64,000 nt of DNA. Source: Myxococcales bacterium (lineage in GTDB: Bacteria; Myxococcota; Myxococcia; Myxococcales; JAKAPL01). Both the position numbers and the translations under genes were made by a program. Below are positions 37,284 through 46,817 of the stretch, one piece after another. The stretch spans positions 90,693-154,692 of the forward strand of contig JAJXUD010000002.1 in assembly GCA_021783235.1 (NCBI GenBank), read 5' to 3'. The notes under the pieces were generated by a model, which saw nothing but the letters and a program-made list of their open reading frames with translations, was not told where the DNA came from and searched no databases. Within the stretch, counting starts at the first letter, position 1. Each line of letters begins with the position of its first letter.

Positions 37284-38057
37284 ATGGACGGTTTTGAGAA
37301 TCATTTTCGATTGCTCGCGGCGGCGGTGGCGCTCGCCGCCGCGCCGGCGCGGGCCGATTTCAAGACGTTCGCCCACGTCTACCCGTACTTCACGCAGCCA
37401 GAGGGCGGCAAAGAGGTCGAGATCTGGAACGGGGTCGAGACCGGGGATCTCTCCCGCGCGGGGGCGAGCACGCTCCTCGACGAGCTCGCCGAGGTCGAGT
37501 ACGGCATCACCGACCACTGGGACACGAGCCTCTACTGGCGCTTCCAGCAGGCGCCCGGCGGCCCGTTCCAGCTCGACTCCTGGCAGCTCGAGAGCCGCTA
37601 CCGCTTCGGCGAGAAGGGGCTCTACCCCGTCGACGTCGAGCTCTACGGCGAGCTGGAGCGGCCGGTCGACCTCGGGCTGCCGTTCGAGCTCGAGGGGAAG
37701 CTCATCCTCGAGAAGGACGCGGGTCACTTCATCCTCCAGGGCAACTTCATCGGCGAGCAGGCCCTGGCGACCGGGGCGGGGCTCGGCCATCGGCTCGCCT
37801 TCAACGGCGGCGCGGGCTACGAGATCCGGCCCTGGATCCACCTCGGCGTGGAGATCCTCGCGAACGACGCCGTGGCCGATCCGCTCGAGGGGGGCGGCTA
37901 CGACCGGACGCTGATGGTCGGTCCCTCGCTCTCGCTCGCCTCCTCGCGCTTCTGGTTCGTCGTCACCCCGGACTTCCAGATCGCCGGGACGAGCACGATC
38001 CCGGAGTACGGCGGGGCGATGCGGCTCCGCTTCATCGCGGGGATCCCGCTCGACTAG
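37284..38057 (+). CDS. outer-membrane beta-barrel-like protein, hypothetical
   Basis: The signal ends AAAPARA. Alternating beta-strand pattern with aromatic-rich strands, and a terminal RLRFIAGIPLD. Start taken at the ATG at 37284. Confidence 0.55.
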   Translation: MDGFENHFRLLAAAVALAAAPARADFKTFAHVYPYFTQPEGGKEVEIWNGVETGDLSRAGASTLLDELAEVEYGITDHWDTSLYWRFQQAPGGPFQLDSWQLESRYRFGEKGLYPVDVELYGELERPVDLGLPFELEGKLILEKDAGHFILQGNFIGEQALATGAGLGHRLAFNGGAGYEIRPWIHLGVEILANDAVADPLEGGGYDRTLMVGPSLSLASSRFWFVVTPDFQIAGTSTIPEYGGAMRLRFIAGIPLD

Positions 38058-38144
38058 TCGGGCCCGGCGCCCCCGCCGCTCCCCCCCCGTCCGGCGACGC
38101 GGGAGCGGGGGTGAGGGCTCCTCGAATGTGGTAGCAACGACCGA

Positions 38145-39899
38145 GTGGACGCCCCCGACTCCATCGCGCCCGAGATCCGCTGGATCGAGCCCTACGTCGT
38201 CGGCGAGAAGCGGCGCCTCCTCGCCGGGGCGTCGCTCGTGGCGGCGACGAACGCGCTCCAGCTCTCGATCCCGTGGCTGACGAAGCGCGCCATCGATTCG
38301 ATGACGGCCACGCGCTTCGAGCCCGCCCGCCTCGCGGCGCTCGCCGTCGCCGGCGTCGCCATCGCCCAGGCGGTCGTCCGGGTCTTCTCGCGGCTCGCGC
38401 TCCTCGACGCGGGCCGTCACATGGAGCATCGGATCCGCGGCGACCTCTTCGGCCACCTGACCGAGCTGTCGCCCGGCTTCTACGCGCGGGCGGGGGTCGG
38501 CGACGTGATGAGCCGCTGCGTGAACGATCTCGGCCAGCTGCGGCTCCTCGCCGGCCCCGGGCTGCTCACCTCGGTCAACGCCGTCGCTGCCTACGCGGTG
38601 GCGCTGCCGGCGATGCTCTCGCTCGACGCGCGGCTCACCCTGATCGCCCTCGTCCCCTACGTGCCGCTCCTCTGGCTCGTGCGCGGCCAGGCGCAGCAGA
38701 TCTACCGCCGCATGCGCGGCGTGCAGGACCAGCTCGGCCTGCTCTCCTCCCGCGTCCAGGAGAGCCTCGCCGGCCAGGCGACGCTCAAGGCGTACGGCCG
38801 CGAGCGGGAGGAGCTCTCCTCCTTCCGCGGACGGAACGAGGCCCACTACCGCGCGAACGTGGAGCTCGCGCGCACGCGCGCCACGCTCCAGCTGCTCTTC
38901 GGGGCGCTCGCCGGGCTGGGCGCGCTCGCGGTCCTCGTCGCGGGCGGCCTCGAGGTGATCGCGGGGAAGCTGACCCTGGGCGGCTACGCGGCGTTCACGG
39001 GCTACCTCGCCGAGCTCGCGAGCCGCACCAGCATGCTCGGCTGGATCCTCGCGGCCTGGCAGCGCGGTCGTGCGGCGCTGGCCCGCGTGCGCGAGATCGC
39101 CTCGGAGACGCCCGACATCGTCGACCCCGACCCGCGCGGCGGCTTCGAGCTGCACGGGGCCCTGGAGCTGCGCGAGCTGACCGTGCGCGCGGGCGAGCGG
39201 GCGCTGCTCGACCGGGTCTCCCTCCGGGTCGCGCCCGGCGAGACCGTCGCCGTGGTCGGCCGCACCGGCGCTGGCAAGTCGACGCTCCTCGCGGCGGTCG
39301 CGCGGCTCTGGGACGTGCCGCGCGGGCAGGTCGTCGTCGACGGCAAGGATCTCGTCGACCTGCCGCTGCGCGCCTATCGGCGGCAGCTCGGCTTCGTCCC
39401 CCAGGAGCCCTACCTCTTCTCGGCGACTCTCGCCGAGAACATCGCGCTCGGCCGCCCGGGCGCGCCGATGGAGGCGGTGCGCGCCGCCGCCGAGCAGGCG
39501 CGGCTCACGGGCGACCTCGCGAACCTGCCCGAGGGCTTCGACACCGAGGTGGGCGAGCGCGGCGTGACGCTCTCGGGCGGCCAGCGGGCGCGGACCGCCG
39601 TGGCGCGCGCGCTGCTCGTCGACCCGAAGCTCCTCCTCCTCGACGATCCGTTCGCGAATGTCGACGCCGACACCGCCGCCGCGCTCTGGCGGGAGCTGCG
39701 CGGCGCCCTGTCGGGCCGGAGCTGCCTGCTCGCGACCCACCGGCTCTCGGTCGCGAAGGAGTGCGACCGGATCGCCGTGCTCGAGCGCGGCGCGCTGATC
39801 GAGGAGGGGAGCCACGCCGAGCTGCTGGCCCGCGGCGGCACCTACGCCCGGCTCTGGGAGCGCGAGCGGATCTGGGATGACCTCTGGGCCTCGGCGTGA
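38145..39899 (+). CDS. ABC exporter, fused permease/ATPase (half transporter)
   Basis: Six-helix TMD, then GRTGAGKST (Walker A), LSGGQRARTAVARAL (signature) and LLLDDPF (Walker B). Confidence 0.85.
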   Translation: MDAPDSIAPEIRWIEPYVVGEKRRLLAGASLVAATNALQLSIPWLTKRAIDSMTATRFEPARLAALAVAGVAIAQAVVRVFSRLALLDAGRHMEHRIRGDLFGHLTELSPGFYARAGVGDVMSRCVNDLGQLRLLAGPGLLTSVNAVAAYAVALPAMLSLDARLTLIALVPYVPLLWLVRGQAQQIYRRMRGVQDQLGLLSSRVQESLAGQATLKAYGREREELSSFRGRNEAHYRANVELARTRATLQLLFGALAGLGALAVLVAGGLEVIAGKLTLGGYAAFTGYLAELASRTSMLGWILAAWQRGRAALARVREIASETPDIVDPDPRGGFELHGALELRELTVRAGERALLDRVSLRVAPGETVAVVGRTGAGKSTLLAAVARLWDVPRGQVVVDGKDLVDLPLRAYRRQLGFVPQEPYLFSATLAENIALGRPGAPMEAVRAAAEQARLTGDLANLPEGFDTEVGERGVTLSGGQRARTAVARALLVDPKLLLLDDPFANVDADTAAALWRELRGALSGRSCLLATHRLSVAKECDRIAVLERGALIEEGSHAELLARGGTYARLWERERIWDDLWASA

Positions 39900-41722
39900 G
39901 CGACGGCGCCGCCGCCTCCGTTCGGTCGGCCAGAAGGCCGCGCTTCCAGCCGCTGCAGGAGCTCTCGACCCTGCGGCGGCTCTGGCCGTTCGTCTCGCGC
40001 CAGCGGCGGACGCTCTGGGCCGCGCTCTGCCTCTTCCCGGCCGAGGCGGCGCTCCGGACGCTGCGGCCGCTCCTCGTCCGCTACGCCATCGACCACTTCA
40101 TGCGGCGCGGCGACGCGCGCGGCCTCGTCTGGATCTCGGCGGCCTACGCGCTCGCGGTCCTCGCGCTCCTCGCCGTCGTCTACCTGCAGACCTACCTGCT
40201 CGCGCGGCTCGGCGCCCGCACGGTGGCCGACCTGCGCGAGCGGGTCTTCGCGCACGTGCAGCGGCTGCCGCTCGCCTACTTCGACCGGGTGCCGCTCGGC
40301 CGGGTCTTCACGCGGCTGACCGGCGACCTCGAGGCGGTGGGCGACCTCTTCGCCTCGGGGGCCATCGGGAGCCTCGGCAGCGTCGCCATCCTGGTCTTCG
40401 TCGGCGCCTCGATGCTCGCGCTCGACCTTCGGCTCGCGCTCTGGGCGCTCGCGCTCGTGCCGCTCGCGTTCGTCGGGGCGCAGCTCTTGCGCGCGGGCGC
40501 GCGCGCCGCCTTCCGTGAGGTCCGGGCCCGAGTGGCCCGGCTCAACGCCTACCTCCAGGAGAACCTCTCGGGGATGGCGACCGTGCAGCTCTTCGCCCGG
40601 GAGGATCACAACCGGCGGGAGCTGGATCGGCTCAACGCCGACTACCGCGACGCGAACCTGCGCGCCATCCGCTACGACGCCGCGCTCTCGGCCGCGGTCG
40701 AGGCCGCGGCCTCGCTCTGCCTCGCCATGCTGCTCTGGGCCGCGGCCGGGGCCGTGGCCGGGGCCGTGGCCGGCCGGTGGGCCACGCTCGGCGGGGTCAT
40801 CGGCCTCTCCGAGCTGCTGACGCAGTTCTTCGGCCCGCTGCGCGACCTCACCTCGCAGTACACCGTCGCCCAGCAGGCGGCGGTCGGGGCCGAACGGGCC
40901 TTCGAGCTGCTCGCCGAGCCGGAGGAGGTCGACGGCCGGGGCGCCGCGGGCGAGGGGGGCGCAAGGCCGTTCCAGCTCGAGCGGGAGATCCGCTTCGACG
41001 ACGTCCGCTTCCAGTACCGCCCCGACGCGCCGGCGCTCCACGGGGCGACCTTCGCGGTCGCGCGGGGCGAGACCGTGGCGCTCGTCGGCACCACGGGCGC
41101 CGGAAAGAGCACGCTCGTCAAGCTGCTGACGCGCCTCTACGAGCTGCCGGCCGGCGGCGGGACCATCTCCGTCGACGGCGTGCCGATCGCCGAGATCGCG
41201 CTCGCCGAGCTGCGGCGCCACGTCCTGCTCGTGCCGCAGGAGCCGCACCTCTTCGGCGGCACGGTGGCGGACAACGTCGCCCTGGGCTCGCGCCCGTCCG
41301 ACGAGGCCGACCTGCGCGCGCGGGTCGAGGCCGCCGTCGACCGGCTCGGGGTGCGCGGGGCGCTCGAGCGGCTGCCGAAGGGGCTCGATACGCCGGTGGG
41401 CGAGCGCGGTGGCGACCTCTCGTCCGGCGAGAAGCAGCTCGTGGCGCTCGCGCGGGCGGTTTTGCGGGACCCCGAGGTCCTCATCCTCGACGAGGCGACC
41501 TCGGCCATCGACCCGCTCACCGACGCCGCGGTCCAGCGCGCGACCGCCGAGCTCCTGCGCGGCCGGACGGCGCTCGTCGTGGCCCACCGGCTCTCGACCA
41601 TCGAGCGGGCCGACCGGATCGTCGTGCTCCAGCACGGCAAGGTCGTGGAGGAGGGGGACCACGAGAGCCTGCTCGCGAAGGGTGGCCACTACGCGCGGCT
41701 GCGGAGGCTGCAGAGCCTTTAG
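39896..41722 (+). CDS. ABC exporter, fused permease/ATPase (partner half transporter)
   Basis: GTTGAGKST, LSSGEKQLVALARAV, LILDEATSAID. A 4-nt GTGA overlap with the upstream gene suggests a heterodimer. Confidence 0.85.
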   Translation: MSDGAAASVRSARRPRFQPLQELSTLRRLWPFVSRQRRTLWAALCLFPAEAALRTLRPLLVRYAIDHFMRRGDARGLVWISAAYALAVLALLAVVYLQTYLLARLGARTVADLRERVFAHVQRLPLAYFDRVPLGRVFTRLTGDLEAVGDLFASGAIGSLGSVAILVFVGASMLALDLRLALWALALVPLAFVGAQLLRAGARAAFREVRARVARLNAYLQENLSGMATVQLFAREDHNRRELDRLNADYRDANLRAIRYDAALSAAVEAAASLCLAMLLWAAAGAVAGAVAGRWATLGGVIGLSELLTQFFGPLRDLTSQYTVAQQAAVGAERAFELLAEPEEVDGRGAAGEGGARPFQLEREIRFDDVRFQYRPDAPALHGATFAVARGETVALVGTTGAGKSTLVKLLTRLYELPAGGGTISVDGVPIAEIALAELRRHVLLVPQEPHLFGGTVADNVALGSRPSDEADLRARVEAAVDRLGVRGALERLPKGLDTPVGERGGDLSSGEKQLVALARAVLRDPEVLILDEATSAIDPLTDAAVQRATAELLRGRTALVVAHRLSTIERADRIVVLQHGKVVEEGDHESLLAKGGHYARLRRLQSL

Positions 41723-41881
41723 CGCTCGTGGCCCCCGCCCTGGCCCTCCCCCGCTCCGCGATGGAGGGATCCGGCAGCTCCTCTCCAGCGACGCCGGGGG
41801 AGATGGGTGGGGGTCGCCGAGGCCGCGCGGAGCTCGCCCTCCTTTCGCCCCCCGTCCCCTTTGGCCTATGCTCCCCTCGCC

Positions 41882-43198
41882 ATGCGAACCTCCGCCGCGG
41901 CGCTCCTCGCACTGGCGCTCCTCTCCCCGGGCCTCGCCCGAGCCGACGGCGCCTTTCCCGTGCAGCTCCAGGTCTTCCTCCCCACCGACCAGCCGAATCG
42001 GATCGTGCTCATCACGAACTTCGGGATCCTCCGCTCGGACGACTCCGGCGCCAGCTGGAGCTACCTCTGCGAGGCGCTCGCCGGCCAGTCGTCGGCGATC
42101 GGCCTCTACCAGTTCGGGCCCGACGAGACGCTGCTCGGCGACTCTTACGGCGGCCTGGTCCGCACCCAGGATCTCGGCTGTAGCTGGTCGGTCGCGGGCG
42201 GCAAGCTCTCGGGCTCCTACGCCTGGGACGCGGCCTTCGATCCGCTCGTGCCGGGCCACGTCCTCGCGCTCGCGCAGGGGCCGAGCGGCGGCGGGAGCTC
42301 GGCGATCTACCCGTCGACGGACGACGCCGCGACGTTCGGCTCGGCCGTCTTCGCGATGCAGGGCAACCTGACGGGCATCGAGTTCTCGCAGGCCTCCCGG
42401 GGCGTCGTCTACGCGACGGGCGGCGAGGCCGACGCCCCCGACGGCTCCCTCGGCGCCCCCTTCGTGCTCCTGAGCCACGACGGCGGCCAGAGCTGGGGAG
42501 CCCCCATCGATCACCCCGAGCTGGGCGTCGGCATCCTCTACCTCGCGGGGGCGGGGCTCTCGGACCCGGCCACCGCCTACTTCCGCTGGGTCCCGTCGTC
42601 CGGCGCGAGCGAACAGCTCCTCGTGACCCACGACTCGGGTCAGACGCTCTCCTCGATCTTCGATGCGCCGACGGCGATGACGGCCTTCGTCGAGCTGCCG
42701 TCGGGCGTCCTCTACGTCGGCACGCAGACGAGCGGAGCGCAGCCGACCGGCCTCTGGTCCGCGCCCCCCGCTGGCGACGGGGGAGCCCAGCCGTTCGCCG
42801 CGATCGCCCCGACTCGCGTCAAGTGCCTCGGGCAGCGGGCCGGCACGCTCTACGTCTGCGGCGACAACTGGGCCGATCGCTTCGCGCTCGGGATCGCCCA
42901 GGACGGCGGTACGATCGTGCAGGACGGCGGGGAGGCCTACACGCCGCTCCTCACCTTCGTGCAGATCGGCGGCCTCGCCGAGTGCCCGGGGACGTCGGTC
43001 CAGGCGACCTGCGGCACCACCTGGACGGCGCTCGAGAGCCTCTTCGGGATCGACGCGGGCACGCCCGCGCTGGACGCGGGCCCTTCGTCGACCGCGCCTC
43101 CGAAGGGCTGCGGCTGCGGCGCCGCTTCCACGGGGCCGGGCTTCGCCCTGCTCGCGCTCCTCGCCCTCGTGGCGCTCCGCTCCCGGAGGCGGGCATGA
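41882..43198 (+). CDS. secreted BNR/sortilin-like beta-propeller protein with MYXO-CTERM anchor
   Basis: The signal ends LARADG. Repeated SxDxGxSW-type motifs (RSDDSGASWSY, TQDLGCSWS, LSHDGGQSWG, THDSGQTL). The C-terminus KGCGCGAASTGPGFALLALLALVALRSRRRA matches MYXO-CTERM. Confidence 0.75.
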   Translation: MRTSAAALLALALLSPGLARADGAFPVQLQVFLPTDQPNRIVLITNFGILRSDDSGASWSYLCEALAGQSSAIGLYQFGPDETLLGDSYGGLVRTQDLGCSWSVAGGKLSGSYAWDAAFDPLVPGHVLALAQGPSGGGSSAIYPSTDDAATFGSAVFAMQGNLTGIEFSQASRGVVYATGGEADAPDGSLGAPFVLLSHDGGQSWGAPIDHPELGVGILYLAGAGLSDPATAYFRWVPSSGASEQLLVTHDSGQTLSSIFDAPTAMTAFVELPSGVLYVGTQTSGAQPTGLWSAPPAGDGGAQPFAAIAPTRVKCLGQRAGTLYVCGDNWADRFALGIAQDGGTIVQDGGEAYTPLLTFVQIGGLAECPGTSVQATCGTTWTALESLFGIDAGTPALDAGPSSTAPPKGCGCGAASTGPGFALLALLALVALRSRRRA

Positions 43199-44655
43199 AG
43201 CGGCTCCTCGCTCTCCTCGCCCTCGTCGCCGCGCCTTCGCTCGCGCGCGCCGACGGCGCCTTCCCCACCGAGCTGAACGTCTTCTTTCCGTCCGCCCAGC
43301 CGCAGCTGGTCGTCATCGCGACCAACTTCGGGCTCCTCGTCTCGACCGACGGCGCCCAGACCTTCGACTTCGTCTGCGAGCAGCCGGCCATCACGCCGCT
43401 CGGCATCAACGTGAACCTCTACCAGGTGAGCGACCAGGGGACGATCCTGGCCGACAGCGGCGCCGGGATCTTCCGTTCGAGCGACGGCGCGTGCAGCTGG
43501 ACGGCGGGGGGCGGCTCGCTCGCGAACGTGAACGTCGCGGACGCGGCCTTCGATCCCAAGAACCCGGGGACGGTGATGGCGCTCGCCTCGCCGCACTCGG
43601 GCGCCGCGGAGATCGCGCTCTCCACCGACGACGGCCAGACGTTCGCGCCGCCGGTCTGGTCGGGTCAGGCGCTCCTGTCGGGCGTCGAGTTCTCGCGCGC
43701 CCAGGCGGGCCGCGTCTACGTCACCGGCAACTGGCTCTGCCCGCAGACGGGTGCGCCGTTCCTGATGCGCTCGGACGACGAGGGGGCGCACTGGACCACC
43801 TTCGACCTCTCGTCGCTCGGCGACGTCGTGGTCCGCATCGCCCAGGTCGACCCGACCGATCCCGGGACGGTCTACTTTCGGGTCAGCTCGCTCGTCGGGC
43901 AGGGCGACTGGCTCGCCTGGACCCACGACGCGGGAGCCACCCTCCAGTCGGGGCTCCACCTCGCGGTTCCGATGAGCGCCTTCTTGCGCGCCTCGGACGG
44001 AACGCTCTACGCGGGCACGAGCAGGGGCGAGCTCGACGTGCTCGCCTCCGGCCAGACGACCTGGCAGCGGAGCGAGGGCGGCCCCCACCTGAAGGGGCTC
44101 GCGGAGGCCGACGGCGCCATCTGGGTCGCCGCCGACGACTACGCGGACAAGATGGTGCTCGGGAAGAGCCTGGACGGCGCGAAGACGTTCTGCCCGGTCT
44201 TCGCCTTCTCGCAGATGAACGGCCTGCCGAGCTGCCAGTACGTCCAGACGCAGTGCCAGACCTCCTGGAGCCAGGAGCAGCAGTTCTTCAAGGTGACCGG
44301 ACCGGGCGACGCCGGAACGCCGTGCATCGGCGGCTCGCCCGACGGCTCCTACGCGTCTGGGAGCGACGGCTTCCCGGGTGGCGACGCCGGCGCCTGCGAC
44401 CTCGCGGGCGAGGCTCCGACCGACGCCGGGAGTCTCGCGGACGCGGGCGGCGCGGACGCGGGCGGCGCGGACGCGGGAGCGCCCGACTCGGGCCCGGCCG
44501 CGCTGGACGCGGGCGGCGGCCCGCTGTCCGGTCCACCGCCGACGTCGAAGTCCACGGCCGGCGGCTGCGGCTGCGGGAGCGGCGGCGCGGCCGGCTGGCT
44601 CGGGATCGGGCTGCTCCTGCTCGGGCTCGCGGCGACTCGCCGGTCGAGGGCCTAA
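43195..44655 (+). CDS. paralogous beta-propeller protein with MYXO-CTERM anchor
   Basis: ATGA overlap with the upstream gene. The N-terminus parallels it (ARADGAFPTELNVFFPSAQPQLVVIATNFGLLVSTDGAQTF). The C-terminus is GGCGCGSGGAAGWLGIGLLLLGLAATRRSRA. Confidence 0.75.
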   Translation: MKRLLALLALVAAPSLARADGAFPTELNVFFPSAQPQLVVIATNFGLLVSTDGAQTFDFVCEQPAITPLGINVNLYQVSDQGTILADSGAGIFRSSDGACSWTAGGGSLANVNVADAAFDPKNPGTVMALASPHSGAAEIALSTDDGQTFAPPVWSGQALLSGVEFSRAQAGRVYVTGNWLCPQTGAPFLMRSDDEGAHWTTFDLSSLGDVVVRIAQVDPTDPGTVYFRVSSLVGQGDWLAWTHDAGATLQSGLHLAVPMSAFLRASDGTLYAGTSRGELDVLASGQTTWQRSEGGPHLKGLAEADGAIWVAADDYADKMVLGKSLDGAKTFCPVFAFSQMNGLPSCQYVQTQCQTSWSQEQQFFKVTGPGDAGTPCIGGSPDGSYASGSDGFPGGDAGACDLAGEAPTDAGSLADAGGADAGGADAGAPDSGPAALDAGGGPLSGPPPTSKSTAGGCGCGSGGAAGWLGIGLLLLGLAATRRSRA

Positions 44656-44699
44656 AGACCGCCACCCGGCCCTCCTCCGGCGCGAGGCTCCCTTGCAGC

Positions 44700-46733
44700 T
44701 CAGCGCGAAGCGCGGGAGGGGAGGGGCGGGGTCCCCGCGACCGGGCGCGTCTTCGAGAGCTCGTCCGCGCGCGCCAGCGCCTCCTGCGCCTTGCCCGCCT
44801 GCCCCTCCGCCGCGCTGACCCGCGCGATGCGGCGCCAGAGGTCGGCGTCCTTGGCGTCGAACGTCGCCGCCTCGCGGTACCAGCGGTCCGCCTCCGTCCA
44901 GCGTCGCTCCTCCTCCGCCATCCAGCCGAGGTTGATGCGCGCCTGCACGAGCGACGGCTTCGCGGCGACGGCCCGCTCGTCGTCGCGCTTCGCGGCCCCG
45001 CGGTCGCCGAGCAGCTCCTCGGCGAGGCCCCGGAGCGAGAGCGCCTCGCCGTCGCCCGGGTCGAGCGCGAGCGCGCGGTCGAGCTCGCCCAGCGCCCCCG
45101 GCTTGTCGCCCGCGGCGAAGAGCGAGCTCGCGAGCTCGCGGTGGGCGTCCTCGAAGCCCGGCGACAGCCGGACCGCCCGGCGCAGGTCGGCGATCGAGCG
45201 GCCGAGGTCGCGGGAGCGGAGCAGGATGCCTTCGTAGTAGGGGACGTAGAAGAGGTTCGGGTCGAGCCGCCCCGCCTCGCGGTACGAGGTCAGCGCCGCG
45301 TCCGTCTGGCCGAGCGCCGCCTGGAGCACGCCGCGGTCGAGCGGGCAGTAGGCGTAGCCCGGCCAGACCTTCTGGCACTCGTCGTACTGCGCGAGCGCCT
45401 CCTTTGTGCGGCCGAGCCCCGAGAGCGAGAGGCCGAGGTTCAGGTGGGCGCGGCCGTTGTCGGGCGCCTTCGCGACCACGTCGCTCCAGAGCGAGACGTC
45501 GTCGCGCCAGACCCGGTTGCGCGCCCAGCTGGCTCCAAGCAGCGCGAGGAGCAGCGCGCCGGCGGCGCCCGCGAGGACGCGCGGCCGGGCCCAGATCGTC
45601 CCCTCGCACCAGGCGGGCACGCGGCCGAGGAGCCAGGCGGCGCCCCAGGCGAGCCCTGCCACGGCCGCGTAGGGCCGGTGCTCGTTCACCGCCTCGGCGA
45701 GCGGCAGCAGGGTGGAGGTGGGCGCGAGGACGACGACGAACCAGGCGAGCCCGAAGACCGGCAGCGGCGCCCGCCGCCGCAGCGCGAACGCGAGCCCCAA
45801 GAGCGAGACCCCGGCCGCGAGCGCCCGCAGGAAGTCGGGATCGGTCGGGCTCGTCGTCACCCGGAAGTTGGCGTCGGCGGCCTGGCCCACCGGGAAGAGG
45901 AAGAGCCCGAGGTAGTGCCAGTAGGCGCGGACCTCGGTCATGAGGTAGTCGAGCCGGCCCGTGCTGGCGCGGCTCTTCACCGAGAAGTCGCTGACCCAGT
46001 AGTGGCGGATCGCGAGGTAGCCCGCGGCGACGAGCGCGTAGCCGGCGTAGCGGGCGATCCGTCGCCGGTCCAGCCGGAGCGGCGGCAGCCTCGAGATCAG
46101 CGTCTCCTCCAGGAAGACCAGCGCCGGCAGCACGATGGCGACCGCCTTGGCCGAGAGGCCGAAGGCGAACCAGCCCACCGCCCCGAGGTCCCGCCGCCGC
46201 AGGTGGCAGAAGAAGCCCGCGAGGATGCCGAGCGCGGTGAGCCCCTCGGAGCGGGAGGAGACGTAGTCGATGGTCTCGGTCTGGAGTGGGTGGACCGCGA
46301 AGATCGCCCCGGCGAAGAGCGCGAGCCGGAGGCGCGAGCGCTCGGAGAAGCGCTCGCCCGCGGGATCCACGCGGGCGAAAAGCTCCTTCGCGCCGAGGAA
46401 GGTGAGGCAGACGCAGGCGAGGTGGATCGCGAGGTTGACCAGGTGGAACGAGACCGGCGAGAGCCCGCCGCCGAGGAGGTAGCTGAGCGCGTGGGCGATG
46501 AGCACCATCGGCCGCCAGTCCTGGTTCTGCGGCAGGACGGAGAAGGTCTGCGTGTCCCAGAGCCAGCGGGGGAAGAACTTGAACGAGCGGATCCAGGGGT
46601 TCGCGACGATGCTGTGCGAGTCGTCGAAGTGGAACGACCCCGCGAGCGCGTTGGCGTAGGCCAAGAAGCCCAGCGCCGAGAGCGCCACGAGCGGCGCCGC
46701 CGGCCGCCTCTCGAGGATGGACGAGCGTTTCAT
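44700..46733 (-). CDS. TMTC/PMT-like (GT-C) membrane protein with C-terminal TPR repeats
   Basis: The N-terminal FHFDDSHSIVANPWI motif and ~10 TM helices resemble the DUF1736/TMTC type. The C-terminal ~270 aa are TPR repeats. Confidence 0.7.
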   Translation of the reverse strand: MKRSSILERRPAAPLVALSALGFLAYANALAGSFHFDDSHSIVANPWIRSFKFFPRWLWDTQTFSVLPQNQDWRPMVLIAHALSYLLGGGLSPVSFHLVNLAIHLACVCLTFLGAKELFARVDPAGERFSERSRLRLALFAGAIFAVHPLQTETIDYVSSRSEGLTALGILAGFFCHLRRRDLGAVGWFAFGLSAKAVAIVLPALVFLEETLISRLPPLRLDRRRIARYAGYALVAAGYLAIRHYWVSDFSVKSRASTGRLDYLMTEVRAYWHYLGLFLFPVGQAADANFRVTTSPTDPDFLRALAAGVSLLGLAFALRRRAPLPVFGLAWFVVVLAPTSTLLPLAEAVNEHRPYAAVAGLAWGAAWLLGRVPAWCEGTIWARPRVLAGAAGALLLALLGASWARNRVWRDDVSLWSDVVAKAPDNGRAHLNLGLSLSGLGRTKEALAQYDECQKVWPGYAYCPLDRGVLQAALGQTDAALTSYREAGRLDPNLFYVPYYEGILLRSRDLGRSIADLRRAVRLSPGFEDAHRELASSLFAAGDKPGALGELDRALALDPGDGEALSLRGLAEELLGDRGAAKRDDERAVAAKPSLVQARINLGWMAEEERRWTEADRWYREAATFDAKDADLWRRIARVSAAEGQAGKAQEALARADELSKTRPVAGTPPLPSRASR

Positions 46734-46817
46734 GGGGCGTCTTATAGCGCACTCGGTCGGCGCCCCTGAACACCCGCCGGCCGCCCGCAGCCGCGCGGAC
46801 TCGCCCTCCTCACGGCC

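Noticed and set aside
44400-44480. Short 15-bp triplet repeat (ADAGG x3) inside the second MYXO-CTERM gene, and the Gly/Ser or Pro/Ala low-complexity tracts at 18390-18572 and 49020-49400.
   Set aside because: These are ordinary low-complexity linkers within coding sequence and in frame. Nothing suggests a separate function.
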